Shown here: positions 25,323 through 34,784 of the stretch, piece by piece
Position numbering within the stretch: position 1 is the stretch's first letter
Layout of the letters: every line of letters starts with the position of its first letter
Origin: an uncultured Actinomycetota bacterium
Lineage (GTDB): Bacteria > Actinomycetota > Geothermincolia > Geothermincolales > RBG-13-55-18
Assembly (NCBI GenBank): GCA_964415205.1
Contig: CAYPZH010000002.1
Span: 10,507 to 48,696 of the forward strand
DNA: 38,190 nt
Reading direction: 5' to 3'
Translations under genes and position numbers: made by a program
Notes under the pieces: generated by a model
Told to the model about the DNA's origin: nothing
Seen by the model: only the letters and a program-made list of their open reading frames with translations
Databases searched by the model: none

Positions 25323-26559
25323 ATGGAAATCACGCGTGTTTTCGTAGTGGGCGCGGGCTTTATGGGCAGCGGCATAGCCCTGGCAGCGGCATCCTCCGGT
25401 TACCAGGTCATGATGTTTGACTTGAGCGGGGAACGCCTGGACGCAGGGGTGGCGAACATAAGGAGATCGCTTCAAAAGCTCCTGGACAGAAAAAAATTAC
25501 CCGGGAAGAACATGATGCCACTCTGGGCGGCCTTAAACAGCGACGGATATTGGACAGGCCGGTGACGCGGAGCTCGTGATCGAGGCGGTGACGGAAAAAG
25601 TCGAGTTGAAGAGAGATGTGTTCAGCCGTTTGGATGGGATCTGCCCCTCACATACCATTTTAGGAACCAATACCTCGGCCCTCCCCATAACCTCCATAGC
25701 AGCCGCTACTGCCCGACCGGACAGGGTAGTGGGCATGCATTTCTTCTTCCCCGTACCCCGCGTGCGGCTATGCGAGATAATGGCCGGCCTGCTCACTTCC
25801 CATGAAACCATGCTGATTGCATCTGCATGGGTTGACTCGCTGGGCAAAGATACAATAATGATCTGGAAGGACCACGCTGGCTTTATCGCCAACCGCATCA
25901 ATCTTCTCATCTCGATCGAAGCGGTTCGCCTTGTGGATGAGGGAATCGCGACAATAGAGGAGATCGACCTGGCGACGGGAGGAAGCGACTCCCAGATGGG
26001 TATTATCCAGCATATGGATTATGCCGGACTGGATACAGCTTTCAACTCTTTTTCAGCCCTCTACGAGGATACCAGGGAGGCCAGGTTCTTCCCGCCTCCA
26101 CTGCTGCGCCGCATGGTGGCTGTAGGCCTGCTGGGTCGCAAGGCAGGAAGGGGGTTCTACGATTATACCAGCGGTAAGCGTGCGAGTTTTGTGAAGTTGA
26201 GTGGCGATGAAATAGCAGCGCAGAGCGATGAAGAACGACAGCAAAGGTACGCCTGGTTGAACCAGAGGATCTTCATGCCCTCTATTCTAGAGGCGGTGCG
26301 CGTCTTGGAAGCAGAGGTTGCATGCGCAGAGGACATAGATAAGGCTGCTCGCCTGGGCATGAATCTTCCCCTTGGGCAGTTGGAGATGGCTGATAACATA
26401 GGCCTGGATGTTGTGACCGAAACCGCGATGGCCTTCTATAAAAACTCAGGGGAAGCAGGATTCTTCCCGCCTCCCCCGCTGCGCCGCATGGTGGCTGCAG
26501 GCCTGCTGGGTCGCAAGACCAAAAAGGGTTTCTACGAATACCCTCCAGATAACGTTTGA
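25323..26559 (+). pseudogene. 3-hydroxyacyl-CoA (3-hydroxybutyryl-CoA) dehydrogenase, disrupted by two 1-nt frameshifts
   Basis: ORF 25323..25565 carries the Rossmann VVGAGFMGSGIA and ORF 25576..26559 carries the remainder (NTSALPIT, GMHFFFPVP, GFIANRI). The expected bridge ...RKKITREEHDATLGGLKTATDIGQAGDAELVIEAV is readable only by shifting frame at the A7 run (25490-25496) and again at aaa (25535-25537). The C-terminal 3HCDH_C-like segment is duplicated (FFPPPLLRRMVAVGLLGRKAGRGFYDY and FFPPPPLRRMVAAGLLGRKTKKGFYEY). Confidence 0.75.
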
Positions 26560-26590
26560 TATTTCCCTTGTTCATAGGTCATCTGCCATA

Positions 26591-26619
26591 TTGAAGGTGT
26601 CATTGCCTGCTATGATAAT
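26591..26619 (+). promoter_or_regulatory. Sigma70-like promoter for the HepT/MNT pair
   Basis: TTGAAG (26591-26596), an exact 17-nt spacer, then GATAAT (26614-26619). AAGGAG at 26631-26636 lies 8 nt before ATG 26645. Confidence 0.45.
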
Positions 26620-26644
26620 AAGAGCAGTAGAAGGAGCATGGAAG

Positions 26645-26999
26645 ATGGCTGAAAAGAGACTGATACTTGATTATCTGCAGGATATTCTGGACGCCATGGC
26701 AAAGGCTCGAGTTTTCCTGAGTGATATGAATAAGCAGCAAATACGAGGCAGATGATCGAACATCATATGCCGTCATCAGAGCACTGGAGGTGGCCGGGGA
26801 AGCTGCGCGCCATATCCCCGAAGAAATAACCCAGAGATATTCCAAGGTCCCCTGGGGCGATATGATCGGGATGAGAGACGTGTTGATCCATGATTATATC
26901 GAGGTGGATCTGGAAGCGGTATGGTTGACCGTCAAGGACGATCTCCCGAAGGCCGAAGAGGAGATCAGGCGGATCATCAAGGAGTTGGGCGATGACTGA
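26645..26999 (+). pseudogene. hepT: HepT (DUF86, HEPN-domain) toxin, frameshifted
   Basis: ATG 26645 opens MAEKRLILDYLQDILDAMAKARVFLSDMNKQQ..., which stops at 26753-26755. The family sequence continues in the frame of ORF 26790..26999 from ~26739 (KYEADDRTSYAVIRALEVAGEAARHIPEE...), with the HEPN Rx4HxY motif in MRDVLIHDY. The shift maps to caaata (A run 26739-26741). Confidence 0.7.
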
Positions 27000-27285
27000 T
27001 CTGGAAAGGTTTAAGCAAACGCTGAACGAGCATAAGACGGAACTAGAAAAGGAGTACTCGGTAAGCAATATCGGCTTGTTCGGTTCCTACGTGCGCGATG
27101 ATCAGGACGCGGGAAGCGACCTGGACATACTGGTGGAGTTCTCGCAGCCCATAAGCCTGCTGAGGTTCGTGAACCTGAAGCGCAGGCTGAGCGATATCCT
27201 AGATGTTGAAGTTGACCTGGTCATGAAAAAAGCGCTGAAGCCGAGAATCGGCGAACGTATCCTCTCCGAAGTCGTTTATATCTAG
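26992..27285 (+). CDS. mntA: MNT-type nucleotidyltransferase antitoxin (MntA-like)
   Basis: 97 aa with the minimal NTase motif GLFGSYVRDDQDAGSDLDILVEF. It overlaps the end of hepT by 8 nt (ATGACTGA). Confidence 0.8.
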   Translation: MTDLERFKQTLNEHKTELEKEYSVSNIGLFGSYVRDDQDAGSDLDILVEFSQPISLLRFVNLKRRLSDILDVEVDLVMKKALKPRIGERILSEVVYI

Positions 27286-27318
27286 AAGGATCTGCAGATA
27301 ATTCATTAGCTTCACGAC

Positions 27319-27505
27319 AACAACCAACTGCCCAGAAATGGGCACGATTTGGACACAGTCGTGTAGTTCGTATTTCCAAGGTCCACAGCAAACATGGCAG
27401 TCAGTTCTGCAAAATGCCAGCTCAAGATACCTATTTATAGAGGGCTTATTCTCCATGTTCGCTACGTATCTTGCCAAGAACAGCGCCTTTCGAGGCGGAT
27501 GGGCC
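27319..27505 (+). repeat. Island repeat family, full copy 2
   Basis: Collinear with 24978-25160. It starts 33 nt after the MNT stop and ends about 84 nt from the 3' end of the convergent radical SAM gene. Confidence 0.65.
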
Positions 27506-27588
27506 TCTTAAGCGATTGTTCTACGGTTTGAAGAGCGAGCAAGGAAAATCAAGCGCAACCATGAGGCGACTTCGCGTTGTTTTCGTGC

Positions 27589-28998
27589 TCAGGCCTGGCT
27601 CTCGCTCCTGGCCTTGACCGCGCGCTGGATCCCGAACCACTTCCTGCCGTTCCCGTTGCCGGCGTAGTCTCCCACCTCGTGGGAGCGGCCGTTGGAGATG
27701 GAATGGCGGTAGAGGAGGTTGAAGGCGAACCAGTAGCTCCAGTGGCGGTGATAATACATGCGCCGGGCGATGGAGCGGTAGGAATAGAAATCCCTCTGCG
27801 CCTTGCGGGTCCTGTCGGTGAGCCAATGCGCGCTGAAGTTCTTCGGCGTGTAGACCACCCGGGCATCCCACTCGGGCTCGAACCAGAACTCCGGCTCCAC
27901 CCTGCCCTGTTCCATCAGCTCGCGGTAGAGGCGCGTCCCGGGATAGGGGACGAGGTGGCAGAGCTGGGCCACCTGGACCTTGTTGCGCATGGCGAAATCG
28001 AGGGTAGCGGTGAAGGAGGTCTCGTCGTCGCAATCGAACCCGAACACGAAAGCCCCCATGACGTGGATGCCGTACTTGCGCAGCAGCCGCAGGGCCTCGT
28101 CGTATTCCTCCACCTTGTTCTGCCCCTTGCCCATCTCTTCCAGGGCCTTTTTAGACATGGTCTCCAGGCCGATGAAGAGGAAGTAGCAGCCGCTCTCTGC
28201 CGCCAGGGCCACCAGTTCCTCGTCGCGGGCAAAGGTGATGGATGCCTGCGAACCCCAGTTTATCTTCATGGGGATGAGCCCCCTGAACAGTTCCTTTGCG
28301 CGCTTGGGGTTTGCCGCTATGTTGTCGTCCACGAAGGGGACCACCTTGCGTCTCTGCAGATTGGTGCGGGGAAGGGACTCCACCTCCGCCAGGACATCGT
28401 CCACCTCGCGCATGCGCACGCGCCGGCCGTTGAAGGCGGTGACCGAGCAGAAGTTGCAGTTGTGGGGGCAGCCGCGCGACGTCTGCACCCCGTTGCCGCT
28501 CCAGTACCTGCGGGGGTCGATGATGTCCCTACGGGGCTGGAGGGGCCGCGCGAAGTCGATGAACTCCTCCTGGCGGTAAAGGGGTCTGAGGCCGTCCGCC
28601 GCGAAGTCCTCCAGGACCTGCGGCCAGATGCTCTCTCCCTCCCCCACCACCACCGCGTCCGCGTGGCGCGAGGCCTCCTCGGGCATCATGGACGCGTGTA
28701 TTCCTCCCAGCACCACCTTGGCTCCCAGGGCACGGTAACGGCCCGCGATCTTGTAGGCCCGCGGGGCGGTGGCGGTCATGGTGGTGATGCCCACCAGATC
28801 GGGTACTTCAGAGAAATCGATGCGCTCGACGTTCTCGTCGATCAGGCGCACCTCGACCTCGGGCGGCGTGTGGGCCGCCAGGTACATCAGTCCCAGGGGG
28901 GCGAGCAGCCCACGGTTGAAGAGATACGTCTCGCCATGCTTGGTGGGGGCGACAAGGTTCAGTTTCAAATGTCTTTCTCTCTTTCTCATCCTTTTCAA
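27589..28998 (-). CDS. B12-binding-domain radical SAM protein (class B, DUF4070-type C-terminus)
   Basis: N-terminal cobalamin-binding-like segment (LVGITTMTATAPRAYKIAGRYRALGAKVVLGGIHAS) and the radical SAM triad CPHNCNFC. The start is uncertain: ATG 28998, or TTG 28968 (MKLNLVAP...). Confidence 0.8.
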   Translation of the reverse strand: MKRMRKRERHLKLNLVAPTKHGETYLFNRGLLAPLGLMYLAAHTPPEVEVRLIDENVERIDFSEVPDLVGITTMTATAPRAYKIAGRYRALGAKVVLGGIHASMMPEEASRHADAVVVGEGESIWPQVLEDFAADGLRPLYRQEEFIDFARPLQPRRDIIDPRRYWSGNGVQTSRGCPHNCNFCSVTAFNGRRVRMREVDDVLAEVESLPRTNLQRRKVVPFVDDNIAANPKRAKELFRGLIPMKINWGSQASITFARDEELVALAAESGCYFLFIGLETMSKKALEEMGKGQNKVEEYDEALRLLRKYGIHVMGAFVFGFDCDDETSFTATLDFAMRNKVQVAQLCHLVPYPGTRLYRELMEQGRVEPEFWFEPEWDARVVYTPKNFSAHWLTDRTRKAQRDFYSYRSIARRMYYHRHWSYWFAFNLLYRHSISNGRSHEVGDYAGNGNGRKWFGIQRAVKARSESQA

Positions 28999-29207
28999 TC
29001 ACACGAGGTCTCATTATACGCTCCGCCGACGCTTCAGACAACCGACCGTATCAGTATCGGTAGCGCCTCGGCAAAGCTGAAACCGCGGCTTTGCCGGGCC
29101 GGGAGGCGCCGTATCCCCAGTGCGCCGAAAGGCCGGTGCCTTGTGATACCATAGGACCCGCGGCAAGGCGACATCTGTCATGATCGTGGCCAGGAGGTGA
29201 TCCGGAC

Positions 29208-30113
29208 ATGATTACCATCTTCAAGAGGCTCAACATGCTGGGGAAGATCGGACTTATCGTAGGCCTCCTCGGCGGCCTGGCAGGTCTCGTCGCCGTCTTC
29301 ATCGTAAAGCCCATTGCCGGTGCGTTCTGCATCGTTGTCTTCGTCCCCCTCATCTACTTCTCTCTCCGCGCGGCCTTCGGTTCGATGATCCGGCAGGAGG
29401 AACTCAAGGAAAAGGGGGTGCAGGCCGAGGCGACCATCCTGGAGGTAAAAGAGACCGGCGTGACCGTGAACCAGAACTACCCACTGGCGAGACTCACCCT
29501 GGAGGTGCGCCCCCTCCAGGGGGAACCGTTTACGGTGACGATGAGGCAGCTCATCAACCGCTTCGACATACCCAGCATCCAGCCGGGAGCGGTGGTTTCG
29601 GTCCTCTACGACCCAAAGAACCCCAAGAAGATCGCCCTCGGGAGCAAGGGCGAGACGGCCGGCACCCCGGCCCAGGCGGGCATCCCGGGGCAGGCGTACC
29701 CCCCGGCGGCCGGCATCCTGGACGCGCAGACCCTGAGCCTGCTGCAGCAGCACCTGCCCCCAGAGCAGATGCAGGCCGTAACGGCCGCCCTTGCCGGCCA
29801 GGACCCGGAGAAGACGCGCATGGTGAGCGAGTTCCTCGCAAGGGAGGACAAGAAGAACGCCGAGATCAGGGCCACCGGCAAGCCGGCCAAAGCGAAGATC
29901 ATCACCGCCGCGCCGCTGGGCATCAACGTCAACGGAAACAACCCGGCTATGACCTTCGTGCTGGAGGTGTATCCGGAGGGAGAAGCGGCCTTCCAGACCC
30001 AGACCACGGGGGTCATCGCCGAGGTCTCCGTGCCCAAGTACCAGCCGGGGATGGAGGTCTACGTGAAGTACGACCCGGCCGACAGGTCGCGGGTATCCCT
30101 GGACCACTCCTGA
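29208..30113 (+). CDS. Membrane protein with two DUF3592-like repeats
   Basis: AGGAGG lies 9 nt before the ATG. Two N-terminal hydrophobic helices are followed by two similar beta-rich modules ending in ...VVSVLYDPKNPKKIAL and ...VYVKYDPADRSRVSL, separated by a Pro/Ala/Gln-rich linker. Confidence 0.55.
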   Translation: MITIFKRLNMLGKIGLIVGLLGGLAGLVAVFIVKPIAGAFCIVVFVPLIYFSLRAAFGSMIRQEELKEKGVQAEATILEVKETGVTVNQNYPLARLTLEVRPLQGEPFTVTMRQLINRFDIPSIQPGAVVSVLYDPKNPKKIALGSKGETAGTPAQAGIPGQAYPPAAGILDAQTLSLLQQHLPPEQMQAVTAALAGQDPEKTRMVSEFLAREDKKNAEIRATGKPAKAKIITAAPLGINVNGNNPAMTFVLEVYPEGEAAFQTQTTGVIAEVSVPKYQPGMEVYVKYDPADRSRVSLDHS

Positions 30114-30295
30114 CATCACCACGCGAAGGAAGGACGCCTGTAGGCATGCGGCCTTTGCCTCTACGTCTGTCCCTTGGGCGGGAAACAGAACCGCCGCCGG
30201 CCAGCGGGCGTCATAACCGGTGTCTCTTACGGCAGACGATGGGAAAACGACTGTGGAAACGGTCAGGGTCGAGTTACAGGGATGGAGGAGCGGCT

Positions 30296-31108
30296 ATGGG
30301 TAGTCGTGGCGATAGGATCACACACTCGCGCTCTTTGAGCCTGACCGCGGTTTTCTTTCTATCTCTGGTGCTCGCCACCGGCGCCGCACTGGTCGTCGGG
30401 TGCGGAGAGAAGGTGGTCTCCCTGGAGTACGAGCCACAGCCCGAACTGTGCGTGGTCAAAGTGGAGAACGGCGGCGGGCTACCTTATCCCGGAGACGATC
30501 TCATGCCCCTCTTCCAGCTCTTCGGAGACGGTCGCTGTGTAAAGTACCAGGAGCAGCCCGGTGATGGGGGCGGATACGTGCAGGGCAAGCTAGACGAGGC
30601 GGCCTTGGCCGGCCTGCTGCGGGAGATATCGCAGGCGGGCTACTTCGACCTGGAGGACGAGTATATCGACCCCGACGCCTACGACGTCCCCTACCGCACC
30701 ATCGCCGTGGACCTGGTGGAGACGACCAAGGCGGTCACCGTCGATATGCTCAACGACGTGCCGGAGTTCGACGAGGTCTACGGCCTCATCCTCGATTACC
30801 CCATCGGCGAGACGAGCACCTACATCCCCGAGCAGGGATACCTGGTGGTGGTGAAGTACCCGCCCGAGAGTATCGGAGACAATGAACGCCTGGACCCGAA
30901 CGGCGAGGCCTTCAAGCTGTTGCCCGACATGGAGACCCTGTACAAGGCAGCCGCCGACCATGTCGCGGTGGCGGTTGACGGCTCCACCTTCTTGCAGCTC
31001 AAGAAATACGACAACCAACAGGAGTCCGGGGGTTTATACCTCGAGGGGCCGGATGCCATCGTGGCGGTATACCCGGTCTACGAACCGCGCACCGCTGACA
31101 AGCCCTGA
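30296..31108 (+). CDS. Hypothetical lipoprotein
   Basis: I prefer ATG 30296 (GGAGGAG 5 nt upstream) to the ORF-track start at 30146. The signal peptide has the lipobox LVVGC (MGSRG...FFLSLVLATGAALVVGCGEK). I recognise no family. Confidence 0.5.
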   Translation: MGSRGDRITHSRSLSLTAVFFLSLVLATGAALVVGCGEKVVSLEYEPQPELCVVKVENGGGLPYPGDDLMPLFQLFGDGRCVKYQEQPGDGGGYVQGKLDEAALAGLLREISQAGYFDLEDEYIDPDAYDVPYRTIAVDLVETTKAVTVDMLNDVPEFDEVYGLILDYPIGETSTYIPEQGYLVVVKYPPESIGDNERLDPNGEAFKLLPDMETLYKAAADHVAVAVDGSTFLQLKKYDNQQESGGLYLEGPDAIVAVYPVYEPRTADKP

Positions 31109-31190
31109 GCCCGTTGCAGCCACCAGGAGGACGGCGGCCTTCGCCTATCTGTAGTCAGCGGTTTACGGGGCCCAAGGCATCTGCCGGCTC

Positions 31191-32651
31191 TTAGCGGTAG
31201 TCCACCGTGAACATGGTCCAGGGCTGGGTCGGGCGGTCCTTGAGGTAGCCTTCCAAGTAATCCCATTGCGGGTTCTTCTCCAGGTATTCCGATGCCACGA
31301 AGGGCATGCCGCTCGAGTTTCCCCAGCGGGCCCAGAGGCTCATATCCTTCGCCATGGCGCTGTCCATCACCTTGCCGTCCACCGCGCCCGAGGGGCGGAA
31401 GGGCGTCCTGGCCGGCCAGTACTCGAAGGCGTCCAGCTCGTAATGCCCGTCCACGGTGCGGGAACAGGGGTTGTCGGCTTTGTCGAGATAGACGTCGTAG
31501 TGGTCGGCGAGGACCTCTCTGGCCACCGCGACGTCGATGGCGCCCCTGTTCTCCTCCATGAGTTGGGTGAGGCGCACGCGCCTTGCCCCCATGGCCGTGC
31601 GGATGTCGTAAAAGCCCGTGTCCGAGCATTCCAGGTTGCGCAGGACGGGGTCGAAGGGCGCGTTACAGCCCACGTAGTAACCGTCCCTGGTCTTCTCCAC
31701 GTTCTGGTACTTCAGTCCCTGTTCGAAGCGCATGATCTCGCCGCTGTCCGCGTCCCCCAGCAGCCAGCTGTTGGCGTAGCCGCCGTTGTTCTTCTTCTGC
31801 ATGATCTCCACGAAGCCGTCCAGGTCTTCGGCGTACTGCATGGCCTCGCGCACGCGGAAGAACTCCGCCTCCTCGTCGGGGTCGTAGTCGCTGTAGCCGC
31901 CCAGGGTGGTCTCGGTGCCCATGATGCCCGCGTCGGTGACGAAGAAATCGGTCATGCTGTCGATATAGCCGGGGACGCTCTGCATGAGCATACGGTGGCC
32001 CCGGGAGGGCTCGATATCCAGGACCACGTTGAAGTACTGCCCGCTGACGAAGAGGTCCCACGAATTGTGGGCGATGACCACGCCGCCGTCAGCGGTGTAG
32101 GAACCGGTGGCGATGAAGGCGCTGCAGTGTTCGTTATCGGCCTGCCCGTCATATGCCCCTGCCTCCTCGTTGGGCCACCAGTAGCCGGTGAGTTCCATGT
32201 CGCCGTTCCATGCCAGCACCTCCTGCCAGGTTATCTGCGTCCCGGCCCGCGTAGCGCCGTCTGCTATGCCCCTCATCTCCTCTATGTACTCCTCCTCGGC
32301 GTTGGGCATGAAGATCCTCTCCGCCTGCTCGACGAAGTAGGCCCACTCCTTGCCGGTGTCCTGCAAGGTGGTGTACTCGAGCATCTCCATTATCTCCGCC
32401 AGCTCCGGCGCCATGAGGTAGCCGTGCTGGAAGCCCCTCTCGTAGGGCTCGCCCTCGATATGCACGTAGGCCCAGCCGTTGCAGTCGAAGCGGTAGCCGT
32501 CCTCGTAGTAGGTGATCTCGGCGTCGCCCGGGTCGGCCACCACCACCTCGTCCTCGTGGGCGCCCCCGCCGCATCCCATCAGAACGGCGGTTATGAAGAG
32601 CGCGACCGCCACGGGCGGCGTGATGAGGTAGATCGTCTGCTTTCTGGTCAT
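31191..32651 (-). CDS. Lipoprotein, Ntn-hydrolase of phospholipase-B-like / C45-like type
   Basis: ATG 32651 (MTRKQTIYL..., preceded by GGGGGAGGG), with the lipobox VLMGC. The internal DNEHCSAF and VIAHNSW segments resemble the autoproteolytic Cys nucleophile region of PLB-like (laminin A family) Ntn hydrolases. The assignment is by recall. Confidence 0.5.
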   Translation of the reverse strand: MTRKQTIYLITPPVAVALFITAVLMGCGGGAHEDEVVVADPGDAEITYYEDGYRFDCNGWAYVHIEGEPYERGFQHGYLMAPELAEIMEMLEYTTLQDTGKEWAYFVEQAERIFMPNAEEEYIEEMRGIADGATRAGTQITWQEVLAWNGDMELTGYWWPNEEAGAYDGQADNEHCSAFIATGSYTADGGVVIAHNSWDLFVSGQYFNVVLDIEPSRGHRMLMQSVPGYIDSMTDFFVTDAGIMGTETTLGGYSDYDPDEEAEFFRVREAMQYAEDLDGFVEIMQKKNNGGYANSWLLGDADSGEIMRFEQGLKYQNVEKTRDGYYVGCNAPFDPVLRNLECSDTGFYDIRTAMGARRVRLTQLMEENRGAIDVAVAREVLADHYDVYLDKADNPCSRTVDGHYELDAFEYWPARTPFRPSGAVDGKVMDSAMAKDMSLWARWGNSSGMPFVASEYLEKNPQWDYLEGYLKDRPTQPWTMFTVDYR

Positions 32652-32804
32652 GACCAACCCTCCCCCGTCGGCCCAGGTAACGGGCTTACATGGCTTGCGC
32701 AGGACCCTTTGCATATATTATTTCTTTCCCGCGCCCGTATACCCTTCCGGGGCGTGGCCCCCGGACGGCCGGGAGATGTTGGGTGGGCCTGGGCCTGAAG
32801 GGCC

Positions 32805-34517
32805 TCAGTCGTTCATCTGGTAGGCGCCCACGGTGGCGAAGACGTAGTTCTCCCACACCCGCTCGAACCTGGCCTGGTCGATAACCGGCTTGCGCAGCAT
32901 CTTCAGGCACAGGTCCATCTGTTCCGGGGTGCTTGAGGTCTTGGAGTAGAGCTGCAGGGCGTAGCGGGAGAAGTCCCTGACCATGAAGTCGAAGATGGAC
33001 TCCATGAGGTCGTCCTCCACCCCGTAGATGGGCTGGTTCTCCAGCAGAAGCTGCCCGTAGGCCACCAGGGTGAAGAGCTCACCCAGGGTAAGCAGGAAGT
33101 CGATGTCCTTGCGCTGCCCTTCCGTGGGCGGGGCCTTGAGCAACAGCTCCCTGAGCACCTCGATCTGTTCCTTGAAGATGCTCACGTTGGGCAAGCCGCA
33201 GGGCCCGTAGGCCAGCATGAAGTCGTGGAACTGGATACCGCCCAACCCCTTGGTGGGCCCCTGCCGGAAGAGGAAGTCGTCGTCGGCGAGGTCGCTCCGC
33301 TGCGGTATCTCTGGGAAGGGCGCCGGGTTGAAGAAATAATTGGGCATGAACTTGATGATCAGGGCCATGTTCACGTGCACCGTGCCCTCCAGCTTGGGCA
33401 GGGCGCGGATGTCGCGGGCCGCCATCTCGAAATAGGTGTCCTTCTCGAAACCCTTGGCGGCGATGACATCCCAGAGCAGGTTGATGACCTCCTCGCCCTG
33501 GGTGGTGACCTTCATCTTGACCATGGGATTGTAAAGGAGGTAGCGCCGGTCCTCGGGCGAGGCGGAGCGCATGTAGTCCGCCGCGCGCAGGGCGAAGAGC
33601 TTCATGGCCACCAGGCGGGCGTAGGCGTCGGTGAGCAACTGGCGTATGTGGGGGAACTCGGTGACGTGCTTGCCGTATAACACGCGGTTCGCGGCGTGGT
33701 CCACAGCCTCGTAGAGGGCGTGGGTGCAGATACCGATGGAGGCCCAGCCCAGGTTGAACTTGCCCACGTTCACCGTGTTCAAGGCCGCATCCCAGGCATC
33801 CCGCCCCATGGAGAGGATGTCCGTCTCGTGGATGGGGTAGTCGTTCAAGGCGTACTCCGCCACGAAGTTCTGCGAGGCGACCACGTTCTTCACCAGTTCG
33901 TAGCCGCCGTGCTTGGAGCTGACCGCGAAGAAGACGTAGTCTCCCGAGTCCGCCATCTTGCCGAAGGTCGAGACGAGCGCCGCCTCGTTGCCGTTGCCGA
34001 TGTAGTACTTGCGCCCGTTGGCGCGGTACTCGCCTCCCCCCAGCGGCTTCAGCGACATCTCGGTGGAATAGAGGTCGGCCCCGTGCTCCTTCTCCGAGAG
34101 CCCGAAGGCGAAGATGCCGCCGTCCCGCAGCAGTTGCGCCGTCTGCTTCTTCATCTCCTCGTTCTCGCTCATCCACAGCGGACCCAGCCCCAGGATGGAC
34201 ACCTGCCAGGTGTACCAGTAGGCGAGCCCGTAGAAGGCAAGGATCTCGTTGAAGTCGCAGATGCGCCAGGTGTCCCAGCGCGCGTCCTCTCCCAGCGCGT
34301 ACCGCGACGGGGTGAGCAGGTCCGAGAAGAGCTTCTCGTCTTTCTGGAACTGCAGGAAGTCGGAATACCACGTCCTCTCATGGTCGTCTTTCTTTATCTT
34401 GCCCCTGCCCTTTTGCTCGAAGAAAGCGATGGTCTTGAGCATCATCTCCTTGGAACGCTCGTCGCCGGGATATTCCACCTGGTGCTGCTTGGGATTGAGA
34501 AGGATCACTGTCACCAC
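32805..34517 (-). CDS. Acyl-CoA dehydrogenase family protein (large, ~570 aa type)
   Basis: Shows the ACAD-like middle and C-terminal pattern (FGLSEKEHGADL, YYIGNGN, GWASIGICTHALYEAVDHAANRVLYGK, TQGEEVINLLWDVIAAKGFE). The start is ambiguous among GTG 34517, 34514 and 34508. Confidence 0.75.
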   Translation of the reverse strand: MVTVILLNPKQHQVEYPGDERSKEMMLKTIAFFEQKGRGKIKKDDHERTWYSDFLQFQKDEKLFSDLLTPSRYALGEDARWDTWRICDFNEILAFYGLAYWYTWQVSILGLGPLWMSENEEMKKQTAQLLRDGGIFAFGLSEKEHGADLYSTEMSLKPLGGGEYRANGRKYYIGNGNEAALVSTFGKMADSGDYVFFAVSSKHGGYELVKNVVASQNFVAEYALNDYPIHETDILSMGRDAWDAALNTVNVGKFNLGWASIGICTHALYEAVDHAANRVLYGKHVTEFPHIRQLLTDAYARLVAMKLFALRAADYMRSASPEDRRYLLYNPMVKMKVTTQGEEVINLLWDVIAAKGFEKDTYFEMAARDIRALPKLEGTVHVNMALIIKFMPNYFFNPAPFPEIPQRSDLADDDFLFRQGPTKGLGGIQFHDFMLAYGPCGLPNVSIFKEQIEVLRELLLKAPPTEGQRKDIDFLLTLGELFTLVAYGQLLLENQPIYGVEDDLMESIFDFMVRDFSRYALQLYSKTSSTPEQMDLCLKMLRKPVIDQARFERVWENYVFATVGAYQMND

Positions 34518-34715
34518 TCCTCGCTGTTCGGGGCCCGGCCCTGCCGGAAGGAGACGGGCCTGGAGTCATCGGCACTTATCATTATACCCAGCGCCGTGCC
34601 GGGTTTACGGCTTACGTATCCAGGCAATAATATCTGCCGAACGCACCCTTTAAGCGATCGCAGCTACGTACCCGGGACGGCCGGGGGCGCGTGAGTGCCT
34701 TATATACGCCCTCTG

Positions 34716-34730
34716 GTGACGTGCCGTCAC
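34716..34730. promoter_or_regulatory. Palindrome GTGACG-TGC-CGTCAC upstream of the DUF1638-cupin-cooS-like operon (candidate operator)
   Basis: The perfect 6-3-6 inverted repeat can be read directly, 55 nt upstream of ATG 34785 in the divergent ACAD/DUF1638 intergenic region. The regulator is unknown. Confidence 0.3.
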
Positions 34731-34784
34731 GTTGCCGTATCTCATTTGACGCGGTAACGACATATTAAGAAAGGAGCCGTGAAG

